Origin: Squalus acanthias
Taxonomy: Eukaryota
Direction of reading: 5' to 3'
Length of the DNA stretch: 64,000 nucleotides
NCBI GenBank assembly: GCA_030390025.1
Contig: CM059430.1
Location: 75,454,001 to 75,518,000 of the forward strand
Each line of letters begins with the position of its first letter. Position 1 is the stretch's first letter. The translations under genes and the position numbers were made by a program. The notes beneath the pieces were generated by a model. It did not search any database. It saw nothing but the letters and a program-made list of their open reading frames with translations, and was not told the origin of the DNA. Positions 36,456 to 48,700 of this stretch are shown piece by piece.

Positions 36456-39400
36456 CACATAGCGGGAGCCATACGGACCTCGGCATTGTGAGAGCCGGGA
36501 AGTCTTGGTCGACCGTGCATGATCGACGCTTAGACTGGGTATGGAACTCTCTGAGAGAGTTAGAGGAAGCGTGTCAAATAATTGAAAACAGATATACAAT
36601 GGCGTTTGCATATCACCGGGAACACTTGATAGATAGCCTGACAGAGAATAACAGCGCGCCTGGGGCGTCGGACATTTTAAGAAATCTAGAGGAGTATGCT
36701 GGGAACTATGATTGCATTCTTGACAGACGTTCTGAGGAAGTCCAGAAATCCAAATAGAAGCCGAAACACGGCCGAGATAAGTTACTCTACGGAGCACACT
36801 TCTCCGCCTTGCAGTTAAACAAAATAAATAAAAAAATAAAAGAACAGAGAGTTATGCTACATAAAGAAAGCGAAGGTTGGCAGGAAAGCATTGCCTTCCT
36901 ACACAATCAGTTGCAGTGGGAACAGAAAGGACATGACGAGGCGCCTTATAAACGGAAAAAGCTGGAACAAATATTAGAACGAAATATCGAGTTACAGGCA
37001 GAGAATTCAGACTAGGTGAGGAGTTAGAAGATGCAAGGGGGGTTCTGAGGGAGTTAGAGGATTGCCAAACCATCGCCTCCCCCAAAGCAGAACACGCACC
37101 GTGTTTAGCAAAAATGCAACTGCTTCAGGCACATATCGGACAACAGCGGGCACTAGTGATAGCTGTCTCCAAAATCAAACCATGAGATCCAGCCTCTTGT
37201 TGGGACAACATATCTGAGGACCCCACACCCTCTGCTCCCCCTCCACCGTACAATGATGGCGAGGCAAACAAAGCAAACAAGGCAATACCAGTGTGTGTCG
37301 TCAGCTGGGCCAATGCTGCCCGTCAGCCTCAGCACCAGACTGAAGAGGAGGTGGAAGGTGTCCAAGCTTCCTCTTCCACTAACGACGAGTTGGAAATGAT
37401 CACCACAACCACGCATAAGGTTCTTACCGCTGTTGAGGTTAGTGCTCTAAAGGATGACCTAGGGACGGTAGACATGAACACCAGACAGCGCGCTGGAGGA
37501 TTTTTAAGGTCACTCATCCAGAACTAGATGGGGGCGACCTTAAACAGGTCCTCCTGGCTGTGTGTTCCTCAGAATTGAAATAAGAGATGGATCAGGATGT
37601 TCTGGAGGCAGGTGCGATACAGGATATTGAGATGGACCTATGTAGAACACTAGGGAGGAGGGCATCGACTTCCACCAACTCTTGGCTAGTACCAAGCAGT
37701 GCCCTACCGAAAGCCCGAATGCCTTCGCGCATAACGTCCATGACATTTTCCAGTGCTGTAGTGATGGCAGAGGTGAATCTTTAAGCAACCGGGCCTCAAA
37801 ACCTTCTTTTTCAACGGGCTCCACCCATTAGTCCGTAGCCCGCTGGGCGTTTACATCTCCAAAGACAAACCCTGGGAACAGCTGTGCACCCATTCCTGGA
37901 CTGCTTAGCAACAGACACGTGCCAATATTCCCAGAATACACACCAAAGTTGAAATAGCAGCCGTCGAAGACCAACTACTCGGCCAGAAATCAGGGCCGTC
38001 TGAAACCCCTGCACCAGAGAAGGGAGCTCCGGTACGCTGCTATCTTTGCAATCACCTAGGCCAATATGCCCATTACTGCCGCATTCCTCTGAGACACACT
38101 GGTCCCGACTCGATGGAGCAGAGCTTGGAAAGAATGGAGGCAGCGATATGGGCCATGCAGATTAGCCAAGGTGCTCGACCGGTTGCCGCGGTGCATCAAC
38201 AACCGAGCAAATGACAGATCGTTCACCTCCCCTGTGACTCCTGCAGGCTTCTCAGGGAGAGATGACTTCCCCTCTCCGATACGCTAGTGTACGGAGACCG
38301 GTAGTCCGCACTGTTGATCCTGGAGGCCGTCAACAATTAACGTTATTTGACTCTGGTTCCTCAGCCAGCATCATTCAGGATCCCTACCCCGCCCCTACGA
38401 AAGGCGTGCCCCAAGTTTTATCGGGCTTTGTCAATTGAACCCAGGCAACTACACAAGGATCCCTTCCCTTAGAGATAGACTTGGACAGGGTTTAAGTCAC
38501 GGTCTAGTCTCCCATTTATATGGCCTTACATAATGAGCAGGGACTACTGGGAAGTGATGTGCTCAAAGGTTAGAAAGCAGTAATTGATTATGGCAACAAT
38601 TGTATCTGGTGGAACCTTAAAAACGGACCCCCTACTCCGGTGTCTAGCGTGCACTCGGTATTCGCAAATAAATATGATTACCCCGAGGTACAGAGTACCT
38701 AGAGTCAGCACCGTGTGTATTCGCAAACAATAAACATGATTGCGGCAACATGACTGAACGTGAAGAAATTAACGAACGAGTACATGCTCCCGTAAAGCAG
38801 TAGTCCAACCCAGCCGAGAGTATGCCCTATATTCGGCCACCAGGGGATTAGGGAATAAGTTGCTGAGACAATTTAACAAGCGAACAAAACGAAACTTAAA
38901 GTTGAAAGGGAAACTGAAACGTCCAGCTTCTGTGCCGAGAAAAATAAAACACAAGATTGCTGATTGAAAGGAACCTTAAAAGAAATGATGGAATTTCAGT
39001 TTGTGTGAAAGTGTGTGTTACAGTGCGGAAGTTTACCTGACTATGAATGTTTCGAAGCGACAAGCTGAGGGAAGCTCCGCCGTCTTTTTTCCTTTTCTGT
39101 AGAATCTATAACGTGTGTTTAAATATGAAACAATTATTATTTCTCCAGTTATATTTAGTATTTTTACAATCATTTAGAAAATCATCTGAAGAAAGTTCCA
39201 TAAGAAATATCATGTAATTTGCTGCTTTCTGCAAGCAGGTGCTTTTTTGTTTTGTTTTATCTGTGTTGTATCGTGTTTAGTTGATAAAATATTGTCCTGA
39301 ATTAAATTGGAATTATTGAAGTAAACGAAACACAACTGTCTTTTTTCGATCAGGATTTTTTTTAAATTTAGGTGAAGTGACGCAATTGTGTGAATCTGAC

Positions 39401-40966
39401 AATATTTGCTCCAACTTCTGACAAACCTTACAAGGGGTTAACCCTTTCTGCTAACAACTGTTTTTTTTTCACCACACAGCAACTTGTGTAATGCTGAATG
39501 AAATTTAGAGATACTGGACATTATTAAATTTAAGTATCTTAATTGTAATTGAATATTTCCTAACAGTGACAGAAGGACTATTATGATTTGAGGAATTATC
39601 CCCGTGAGCTGTTAAGCAGTGCCACAATGGAACTAATTGCGGCACTTCTGTCTCTAATGTTAAAACAAAATTTTAAACCACATAGCCTGGCAATCACTTG
39701 TTTCTGAAATTGGAGCTGATAACGTAAGGTACAAGAAGAGGAAATCTACCTGGTGTTGAAGGGGTTAATTACATTTTCATTAAAATACACTGGTTGAGAG
39801 CAGTATAGGTTTTCCTGCCAATTTCTGTGATCAAGGAAGAAAGTTTGTGGGGAAATAAAATTGAACATTGTCAAAACATGTCAGTCCAACAAATATGCTA
39901 TTTGGACTTGGGATAAGTTCGAACTGATTAAATGGACTCGGGCACAGTATGTCTGCATCATTACCGCTTGAAATATACGTACTTGGACGACGTGCTAATG
40001 ATTGTAAGACTGAATTATAACTTGTAACTGTAATAATTGTGGTTTGTACGTAATAGAACGTGGGAAAAGCCAGTACGAGACCAGTATGAGGTGGTTTTGG
40101 TCGTACCTCCTCTGACACTACTACCTGTCTAACAGGGCCTGTCCCATTAATTGCCCCAGTTTCTGCTTCACACCACATCAACCAACACGTTTTAGTCAGT
40201 ATCAAAACCTATGCTCAAGTGAAACTGACAGTAAATTAGATAATTAAGTAGGAGCTGTACAATTATGTGGACACTTCTGTACGACATTCCTCTGTTGTCT
40301 GAGGGCTTTTGTAAGATCGTGATGCGACTGAACTCCTCCCTAAAGCATTTTTTTATGTTTTGGAGAAATATAACTAGAGAATAGATATTGAAATTGACAG
40401 CATAGGGGACGATTCACACTGGTGGGCTATTGAGCTTAATATGCCAGCACACCCTTAAGTTTGGTATTATTTCACAAGCTCTGGTAGATCTCTAAATTAG
40501 AATGATAGTGTATTTGATATATGTAACCCATGTAGCAAGAGTTTGATGCAGACGCCAATGAGGTACACATGCCTATGACTAACCAGGAATTAAAAATTAA
40601 TTTAGCACACCGAAAGAGAAGATCCGAAGCAATGTAGGGGAGACCCCAGGCGGGGTAACATCAGGAACGATAGAAGAAACAGAGGATACCCCAGGCGGGG
40701 CTGAATTGGAACACCGGAACCGTGAATGGAACCTTTGTGAAGAATAGGAGGTTGCTATTCCCCCTCAAAAGAATGGATTGTAAGAAAGGGGGAAATCTTC
40801 ATTTCTGAGGCTCCCTGCTCACGAACTCACAAATTGAGAGAGCAATAAGAACTAGCTAGATTAGTCATGAGAAGATTGTGAGAAGTCAGTAAGTATATTA
40901 CCTTCCCAAGGTGGGGAATTGTAAGAAATCGTGAAATGGTAGAAATTGTGAATCATAAGAAAGAAT

Positions 40967-41730
40967 TGGCCAGAAATTCGACTCTTGTCGTGTGAGTAGG
41001 CGCTGTGCACTCAATCGTAAGGATCCCTGAAGTGCCGGTTTCCTGCATGCACTGCGCATGCGCGGGAAACCGGAACTCCCGATCCCCTGAAGGAAGGGGT
41101 TCAGAAGTCGAACGCGTGTGCCGGAGAGGCTGCATGCACACAGCGAACTTTGTTTTTTTCTCAGGTTTCTCCAGGAGGGGAAGTATGGAAAAGCTGCAAT
41201 TTTAAAAAGGATGCGCAAGACCTGTTTTTAACTTTGGTAAGTGGTTAATTAATTATAATTTATACATTTTTTCAACAGGTTTATCTTTTTTAGATACTTT
41301 AAAGAAAGGTAAGTTTATTTTTAGCACCGTTAAAAAGTATTATTAACTTTTTCAAAAATTTAAATTTTTGTTTAAAGTAGTTAATTTATGTAACTTATAG
41401 TTATTTTAAAAATGTGATTTTTAAAAAAGATATATTTGAACTTTAATTGTGGTTTTGGGGCCGATCTCTATTCATAGATTTGACAGGTCTTCCTGTCAAA
41501 TCAATGAATTAAAATGCCCTGTTAGGATTGGCTCTCCGTGGCCCACGTGATGCTAGGGGACGCTTCGAAATAACTGCGACTCTGGGATAAGCAAGCACTG
41601 CGCGCTGGCAGCTTGAGGAGGCCCAGGAGCCGAAGTCATGGTGGACCGAAAGCACAACGGCAGGCGCGGCAGGCAAGTACGCGCGTGATGCCTGCACCCG
41701 CAGGAAGCCGGAAAGCTGAATTTCTGGGAC
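40967..41730. mobile_element. MITE copy 2, inserted in the 3' LTR
   Basis: tggccagaaattc / gaatttctgggac with AAT duplication; the 5' LTR has the empty site. Confidence 0.9.
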
Positions 41731-42359
41731 AATGACTTTATGAAACAAATGAGCTTATCCGAGCTGAGCAGCCAGGATAAGCTGCTGATATAGCTGTTGT
41801 ACAAATAGCTGAGGTCGTTGCAAGGTCATAACACAAAACAGGCCTTCAAGTGGGCAGAAGTAGGGCTAATAAGGGATCAGTAAGATGAACAAACTGTCAA
41901 GGAGAACGTGCAAGAGATAAGCAAAGGGTTGAACTCGATAGACAGCGAGGGATGTGCTACAGCTGCATATTCCTCCGTAAATGGACAATTAAATGGTTAA
42001 AGTTGATTAAAACAAGTATGAAGTATTCAAAAGCCCCTAAAATAAGGTATATAAATGGGCAGGCGAGAGGCAAAGGAAGGCAAAAAGGATGGATAGCTTC
42101 CACGAGGTGGATGCATGCTAGCTTCGGCTTAACACCCTGGTCAAGTTTAAACTCTGAGGTAGATTCCATGCTAGCTTCGGCTTAAAACCTCCGCGAGCTC
42201 GGGAGATGAATAAAGAGGAAGAGACCGCTGGCGCAGGCTGCATGGATCCAGGACTACCCATCTACTATGTCTATCCTGAGTTAACTATATTCGAATTGCC
42301 GATCTTAATATAATGCCTGGTTTGGCAGTTTCCAAACTAATTGAAACCGTATAAGGCAG

Positions 42360-43140
42360 AATATGGGGAATGTTCTGTAAGTGGAAGAAGGTCTGAGTAC
42401 TGTTGATTATTGAAGGTTATGGCGGCTATACTTATCGTAGGTGACCTTCTATGGGAACTTAATTTTGTGATCGGAATAACGGTGAGTCTAACAGCACTCA
42501 GTTTTATTATGGAGTAAATCGGCAGCAACTTCCGGCATCCGCACGTGCAAAGTTAAGCATTGAATTCCGGAAGTTGCTGTCTGAGTTGCTCTGTTCCTCC
42601 ACACGCTTCGCTACACCAGTACCTCACCGATGGAGTCGATATTGAAATACATGAAGGCATGAACTTGCGGTCCTTACGAACTAGTTACCCATTATGTACG
42701 ACAGAAAAAGTTAGGGCTGGTGCATTCAGCTGTAAATGATTGTTTTATTAATGTCGTGATAAGTCTTAGTTACTGCCAAACAACCTCTATGTTCCTAAAC
42801 ATGTTTTTTTACAAGCGTGGAAACTCATTATGCAGAGTTTAATTATTGTTGAAGATTTTAAAAATATCTACTTTTTTACTTTTTCCTTCCGTCGCTTTTA
42901 TCTCACTCTCAAGCCGAACTTTAATCCCCTCTCTTTATTTCACTGTTTGTATATGATTTTTACATTGAATTAAATATTCCAATTCATACTTTCTGCTTCA
43001 GATTTTGCGTGCCTCGGTGAGGATTTCTCAACCTGATTGGTGGAAGAGACACGTTGTTGCTTTCCTGCGCAATCACGCCACACATCCCCTGTAGAGGGCA
43101 GCACACTGAAAAGAATTTCAAGCAACCTTAAGTTGCCGGT
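42360..43140. repeat. Interspersed repeat, longer copy of 35155-35730
   Basis: Collinear similarity, with ~190 extra bases near 42500-42685. Confidence 0.7.
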
Positions 43141-43674
43141 CAAAATCACATAAAAAATATTTGTACAGCTGTAACCGCAATGAATGGCGAGCTCCCTTCT
43201 TTCACATCTTACCACAATATCCGGGGCATTTTCTTTCTATACTTTATTGTTTGGAATGAGCAGATTTTTATGCATTGACGTCCCTGGTGACCACCTTCTA
43301 TTGTACCTATTCCTCTCACTTTCGGGCCCTGCGATGTTCATTGCCAAACGCAACTCTCTCCCCCACCACCAGCGCCTCACCCCCACCCCCGCTGCACGCC
43401 GTCCATGAACAACAGATGCATCAAGGAAACTCGGGTCTCTTTGTCCTCTCTCACATGTGCCGAAGATTAGTTTTCTACAAATATTTGTGACTTTACACGT
43501 ATCTCTTTATGTGGTGTCTGTGCCACTGCCATTTGAAGCATCTGCAAGCCATTAACTTCCGCAACAGGTTACTTCGCTCCACCCCCAAAGCTTTATCGAC
43601 CTTGGTCACTGAATAACAGCGACGACGCTTCACAGTATGGATTAAACATGGGAAAGATCGGCATGGATGATGAT

Positions 43675-45255
43675 GCATAGAAGCACATAAGCATAGAAGA
43701 TAGGAGCAGGAGTAGGCCATTCGGTGCCTCGAGCCTATTCCGCCATTTAATGAGATCATGGCTGAACATCCAAATTCAGTGCCATGTCCCTGCTTTCTCC
43801 CCATATCCCTTGATCCAATTAGCCTTAAGAAATATATCTATCTCCTTCTTGAATATATTTAATGAATTGGCCTCAAATGCTTTCTGTGGTACAGAATTCC
43901 ACAGGTTCACCACTCTCGGTGAAGAAATTCCTCCTCATCTCAGTCCTAAATGGCTTAGCTCTTATCCTTAGACTGTGACTACTGGTTCTGGACACCCCAC
44001 CATCGGGAACATCCTTCCTGCATCTAGTCTGTCTAGTCCTGTTGAATTTTATAAGTTTCAATGAAATCCGCTCTCATTCTACTAAACTCTAGCGAATATC
44101 AGCCTAATCGACTCAATCTCTCTCCATACGTCATTGCTGCCATCTCAGGTATCAGTCTGGTAAATCGTCGCTGCACTCCCTCGATGGCAAGAACAACCTT
44201 GCTCAGATAAGGCGAACAAAACTGCACACAATACTCAAGGTCTGGTCTAACCAAGGCCCTATACAACTGCAGCAAGTAATCCTTGCTCCTGTACTGGAAT
44301 GCTCTCGCTATGAACGCCAACATACCATTTGCCTTCTTAACCGCCTGCTGCACCTGCATGCTTACCTTCAGCGACTGGTGCACAAGGACTCCCAGATCTC
44401 GTTGCACTTCCCCTTTTCCCAATCTATTGCCGTTCAGATAATAATCTGTCTTCCTGTTTTTTGCCACCAAAGTGAATAACTTCGCATTTATCCACATTAT
44501 GCTGCATCTGCCATGCAGCTGCCCAATCACCCAACCTGTCCAAATCATACTGGAGTTTCTCTGCATCCTCCTCACAGCACAGACACACTCCCAGCTTTGT
44601 GTCGTCTGGATACTTAGATATATTACATATATTTCACTCGTCTAGATCATTAATATATATTGTGAATAGCTGGGGTCCTAGCACCGATCCCTGTGGTGCC
44701 CGATTAGTCACTGCATGCTTCTCGGAAAAAGACCCATTTATTCCAACTCTTTCCTTTCTATCTGCCAACCATTTCTCTATCCAAATCAGTACCTCAACCT
44801 AAATTCCATAAGCTTTAACTTTGCACGCTAATCTCTTATGCGGGACTTTATCGAAAGCCTTCTGAAAGTCCAAATACACCACATCCACTATTTTTCCCTT
44901 ATCTAATCTACCAGTTACATCCTCAAAAAATTCCAGTAGATTAGTCAGGCATGATTTCCCTTTTGTAAATCCATGTTGACTTTGTCCGATCCTTTCACTG
45001 TTTTCCGAGTGCTCTTGCTATAACATATTTTATGATGAACTCTAGCATTTTGCCCACTACCGATGTCAGGCTTACTGGTCTATAAATCCCCGTTTTTTTC
45101 TGTCATTTTTTTTAAATAGTGGGGTTACCTTAGCTACCCTCCAATCCATGGGAACTGTTCCAGGGTCTATAGAATTTTGAAAGATGACCAGCAATGCATC
45201 TATTATTTCTAGGGCCACTTCCTTAAGTACCCTAGGATGTAGATTATCAGGCGGT
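43675..45255 (-). mobile_element. 5'-truncated CR1 LINE (same family as 1-2080)
   Basis: Minus ORFs PDNLHPRVLKEVALEI and RPDLEYCVQFCSP; tail at ~43680. Confidence 0.92.
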
Positions 45256-45798
45256 AGTGCTTTAAAACTAGCAGAATTTCCAACAGCATTGTCCGAAACA
45301 TCTCTCATGTCTGATCTGAAATGGTGAAGGAAACTGAGGGAGAACTTTGGCGCAATCCTCACAATCTGCAGCCGTATCTTCGCCGGACGATCAACGGAAA
45401 GCTAGCACAAGCGAAGTAACGGCCAGGATCCGCCAATCTCGGCAGATTACGCCGGTCTCCCATCAGGGAACTCCGTGGAAATGCTAAGCGCAGAGCAATG
45501 AAATATGGAATGTTCCAGAAGGAGTGCATGACCTTTTCATCCCAGTTTTCCTTAGAATAGGAGGTCCCGCGGCGAGGCCGCTCCATCTGTTCGTGTAGAA
45601 ACTTAAAATTTCGAAATGGAGCCTCTTCTGGCGCATATACAACTGTTGCAACAAATCTGACTAAAGGGTCAAAGAGACATGTTCTGAACACATAGACAGG
45701 ATTTGACGCTGACGTATTTCAATTTCCGGCTCTTCAACGTTTTTACAAACCACCAGCCAGTTCACGGTCTGTCGCTCCGAGTGATCAATTGGTTCAGA

Positions 45799-48700
45799 AT
45801 GTTGGCGAGTGATGTACTTCAGTGCCTCTCTGTTCTGGGATTCATGTTCACAGGTACCTGTTGCTTCTATACCTTGCTTTCTCGCTAAACCGCAGAGCTG
45901 CTTATCATCCATTTGATACAACATGTCTTATTGGCATTTGCTGACATTGCCTGACTTACTTACTCACGCGCTTTTTCACCTGTAATATTCGCACTAATTC
46001 GGTTTTGATTTTCTTTTCCGATAGGCTCCTGCGAAAATTCGCTCAAAGTGACTCAGCTCCCTGAAGTCGCGAGCAGCAACACGGGTACAAGCGTTTCCTT
46101 TCATTGCTCAATTCCCTTATTTCAAGACGGACCACCGGTGAACGTGTACTGGTGGAAACAGCGTGATAATAAATATCTAAGCACTGGACCTGATGACAGA
46201 AAAGTAACTGGCTCCAAAACTAAATTCAGCGGCTTCCTTCAGATAATCAATGTGACTTTCCAGGACTCGGGAGAATATTATTGCACTGTCGCCCATCGGG
46301 GCAGAATAGTTGGAAACGGAACGGGATCCAATTTAACTGTCTGGGGTAAGTATAAAAGAAGCGGCGAATGAGATCGATGTGACAGTATTATTTCACGATT
46401 CCAAGAAATTCTCTATTGTGCTTTGTAGGATTCACAATGCAACTTAAATCCCAGTCATTTTATGTGTATATATTCAAATTGCACTGTTGACTGCTACTCG
46501 TTACATGCTAATTTGTAGTACAATATTACAGCAATATTAATCAAGACGAGCAGCATCGGATTTACCCCAAGTACACAGTAAGCAAGTATACAAAAGGCGT
46601 TTGAGTTTTAAATTGCAGTGTCCGTTAAGGATCTGTATAATGGCTGGCGCGTATATCCGCCGCTGTAAGCACCGATCTTACCCTATTTACTGGATTCTTT
46701 TGTCTGCGTTGGTTACGGAGGGAAGACTGTTGATATTGGGACTCAGATTCGCATATTTATAATTTAATTCTCCACAAGTTAAGATCTTTGATAGCCAAAT
46801 TGCTAATGGCTAAAGTCCGCACTGTGTAGCTGGATCCTCGGACCCCTTATATTAATCATCATTGCAGCCTCCAGAAAATATGGTTTAGCACCGAATCTTC
46901 GTGCCATAGCACCTTTCACTTGGGTAAATTATACTTCCTCATCAGATGTTATGCTCAACGGGATGGAATTTGTCCACAGCTGTACCGCAAAACAAGCGAC
47001 AATGAGTCGGCAGCCCGATATACACCACACTCAATGTTCTTTCCCATTAGAAAAGAAAATCGGCGAGCTGTAAAAGAGGCGGCCTATTCGCTGCAATCCG
47101 GTTTTCGCCTGGCTAAAGCAGTTAAAGTTACCGCCGATATAAATTTGACTTTTATGAAGATGCCGGTTACGACGTAGGTACCAATAGCGCACAGTGAACA
47201 CCAGGCCCCCACCACTACCCCAACTCCCCGCCCACATTGTGCTGTCAGGAATGGGCTGGAAGAAAGACGGTGGATGATGTCCATGTAACATTATTTTCCT
47301 CCATTTTTCTAGTTCCGCCAACTCCACTGAAAATTGTCTCTCAGGAACCTGAAAAGGATTCACCTGCGACTCTGACTCTACTTTGCACAACATCTCCCTT
47401 TTACCCGCAGAATATCAGCTTCACTTGGTATAAGGATGGAACCAAAATTACACCAAGAATAAATAACATTAATCAACCAAATACCGATGGACTATATGAA
47501 GCTTCCAGCCGGTTGGAAGAGACGCAGACTGTCGAGACCGGGACCGTTTATACCTGCATGGTGTTTCACAGTGCCCTCAAAATTCCAGCCACGGTCACCC
47601 ACATTGTCACCTTCAGGAACACAGGTAATATTTTAGATAGAATCATTGAAACTTACAGCACAGAAAGAGACCATTAGGCCCGGCGTGCCTGTGCGGGCTC
47701 TTTGAAAGAGCTGTCCAAGTTAATCCCCACACCAGCTTTTTCCCCATAACTCTGAAAAGTAGTCCTCTTCCAGTACACGTCGAATTGCCTTTTGTAAATT
47801 CCTACAGGAAACTGGTTCCACCAACCTTTCTGGTAATGCGTTCTGGATCCTAACAATACTTCGTGGGAAAATAATTCTCCTCAATTCACCTCATGTTTTT
47901 AACCAATAATTTTAATCTACGATTGATGGTTAACGACTCACTCCGTACATAACTGCAGGCCCTTATCATTGTTATCATCCTGGTAAGCCTCCTCAAAACC
48001 TCTTCAAGAACTTGACATCCTTCCTAAATTGTGGTGCTCAGAATTGGACACAGTACTCCAGCTGAGGACTAGTCAGTGATTTGTCAAGGTTTAGCATGGC
48101 TTCCTTGTTTTTGCATTCACAGCCTCTATTTACAAATTCAATCATCCCATGTGCTTAATTAATCACCTTATCATCTTGCCCTTCCATCTTCAAAGATTTG
48201 TCAATATGCACCCCAGGTTCTCCTGCCTCTGTAAGACCCTCAAAATAGAACTATTTCGATTATACTGCCTCTCCATGTTGTTCCACCCAATGTGCACACT
48301 TCACTTGCCCGCATTAAATTGATCCAGACATGTGTCTGCACGTTTCACCACTCCATCTATGTCCTGCTGAAATCTTCTACTATCTTTTTCACTATTTACT
48401 ACGTTGCCGAGTTGTGCATCATCTGCAAACTTCAAAATTGTATTCCCTGTATCCAACTCCTGGTCATTGAGGCATATCAACACAAGCATTGGTTTTAAGA
48501 CCTATCCATGGGGGACCCCACTGCATAATTCTCTCCCGTCAGAAAAGGCATTCTTTCACCACGACATTCTGCCTCCTTTCACATAGCCAATTAAGTACCC
48601 AAATTACCACCATCCTTAAAATCCTATGCGCCTCTATTTGCCGAATAAGTCTATTGTGAGTTACATTATGAAATTACTTTTTAATGTCCATATATCTTCT

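Larger units (their letters stand above)
35731..42318 (+). mobile_element. Degenerate LTR retroelement / endogenous retrovirus: LTR-PBS(Leu)-gag-pro-(pol mostly deleted)-env-like-PPT-LTR
   Basis: 5' LTR ~35731-36436 ending CTTACA; 3' LTR from TGTAAG 40920 to ~42318; PBS 36438-36455; PSAPPPPY 37228-37251; CCHC-like knuckle 38038-38079; protease LFDSGS ~38343-38360; PPT-like aaggtgggg ~40908. Confidence 0.88.

Noticed and set aside
46025-47624. Rearranging TCR/Ig locus or germline-joined Ig light chain
   Set aside because: No heptamer/nonamer RSS or separate J segments seen; gene A has a TM and ITIM tail, and the G strand lacks the F/W-G-x-G start
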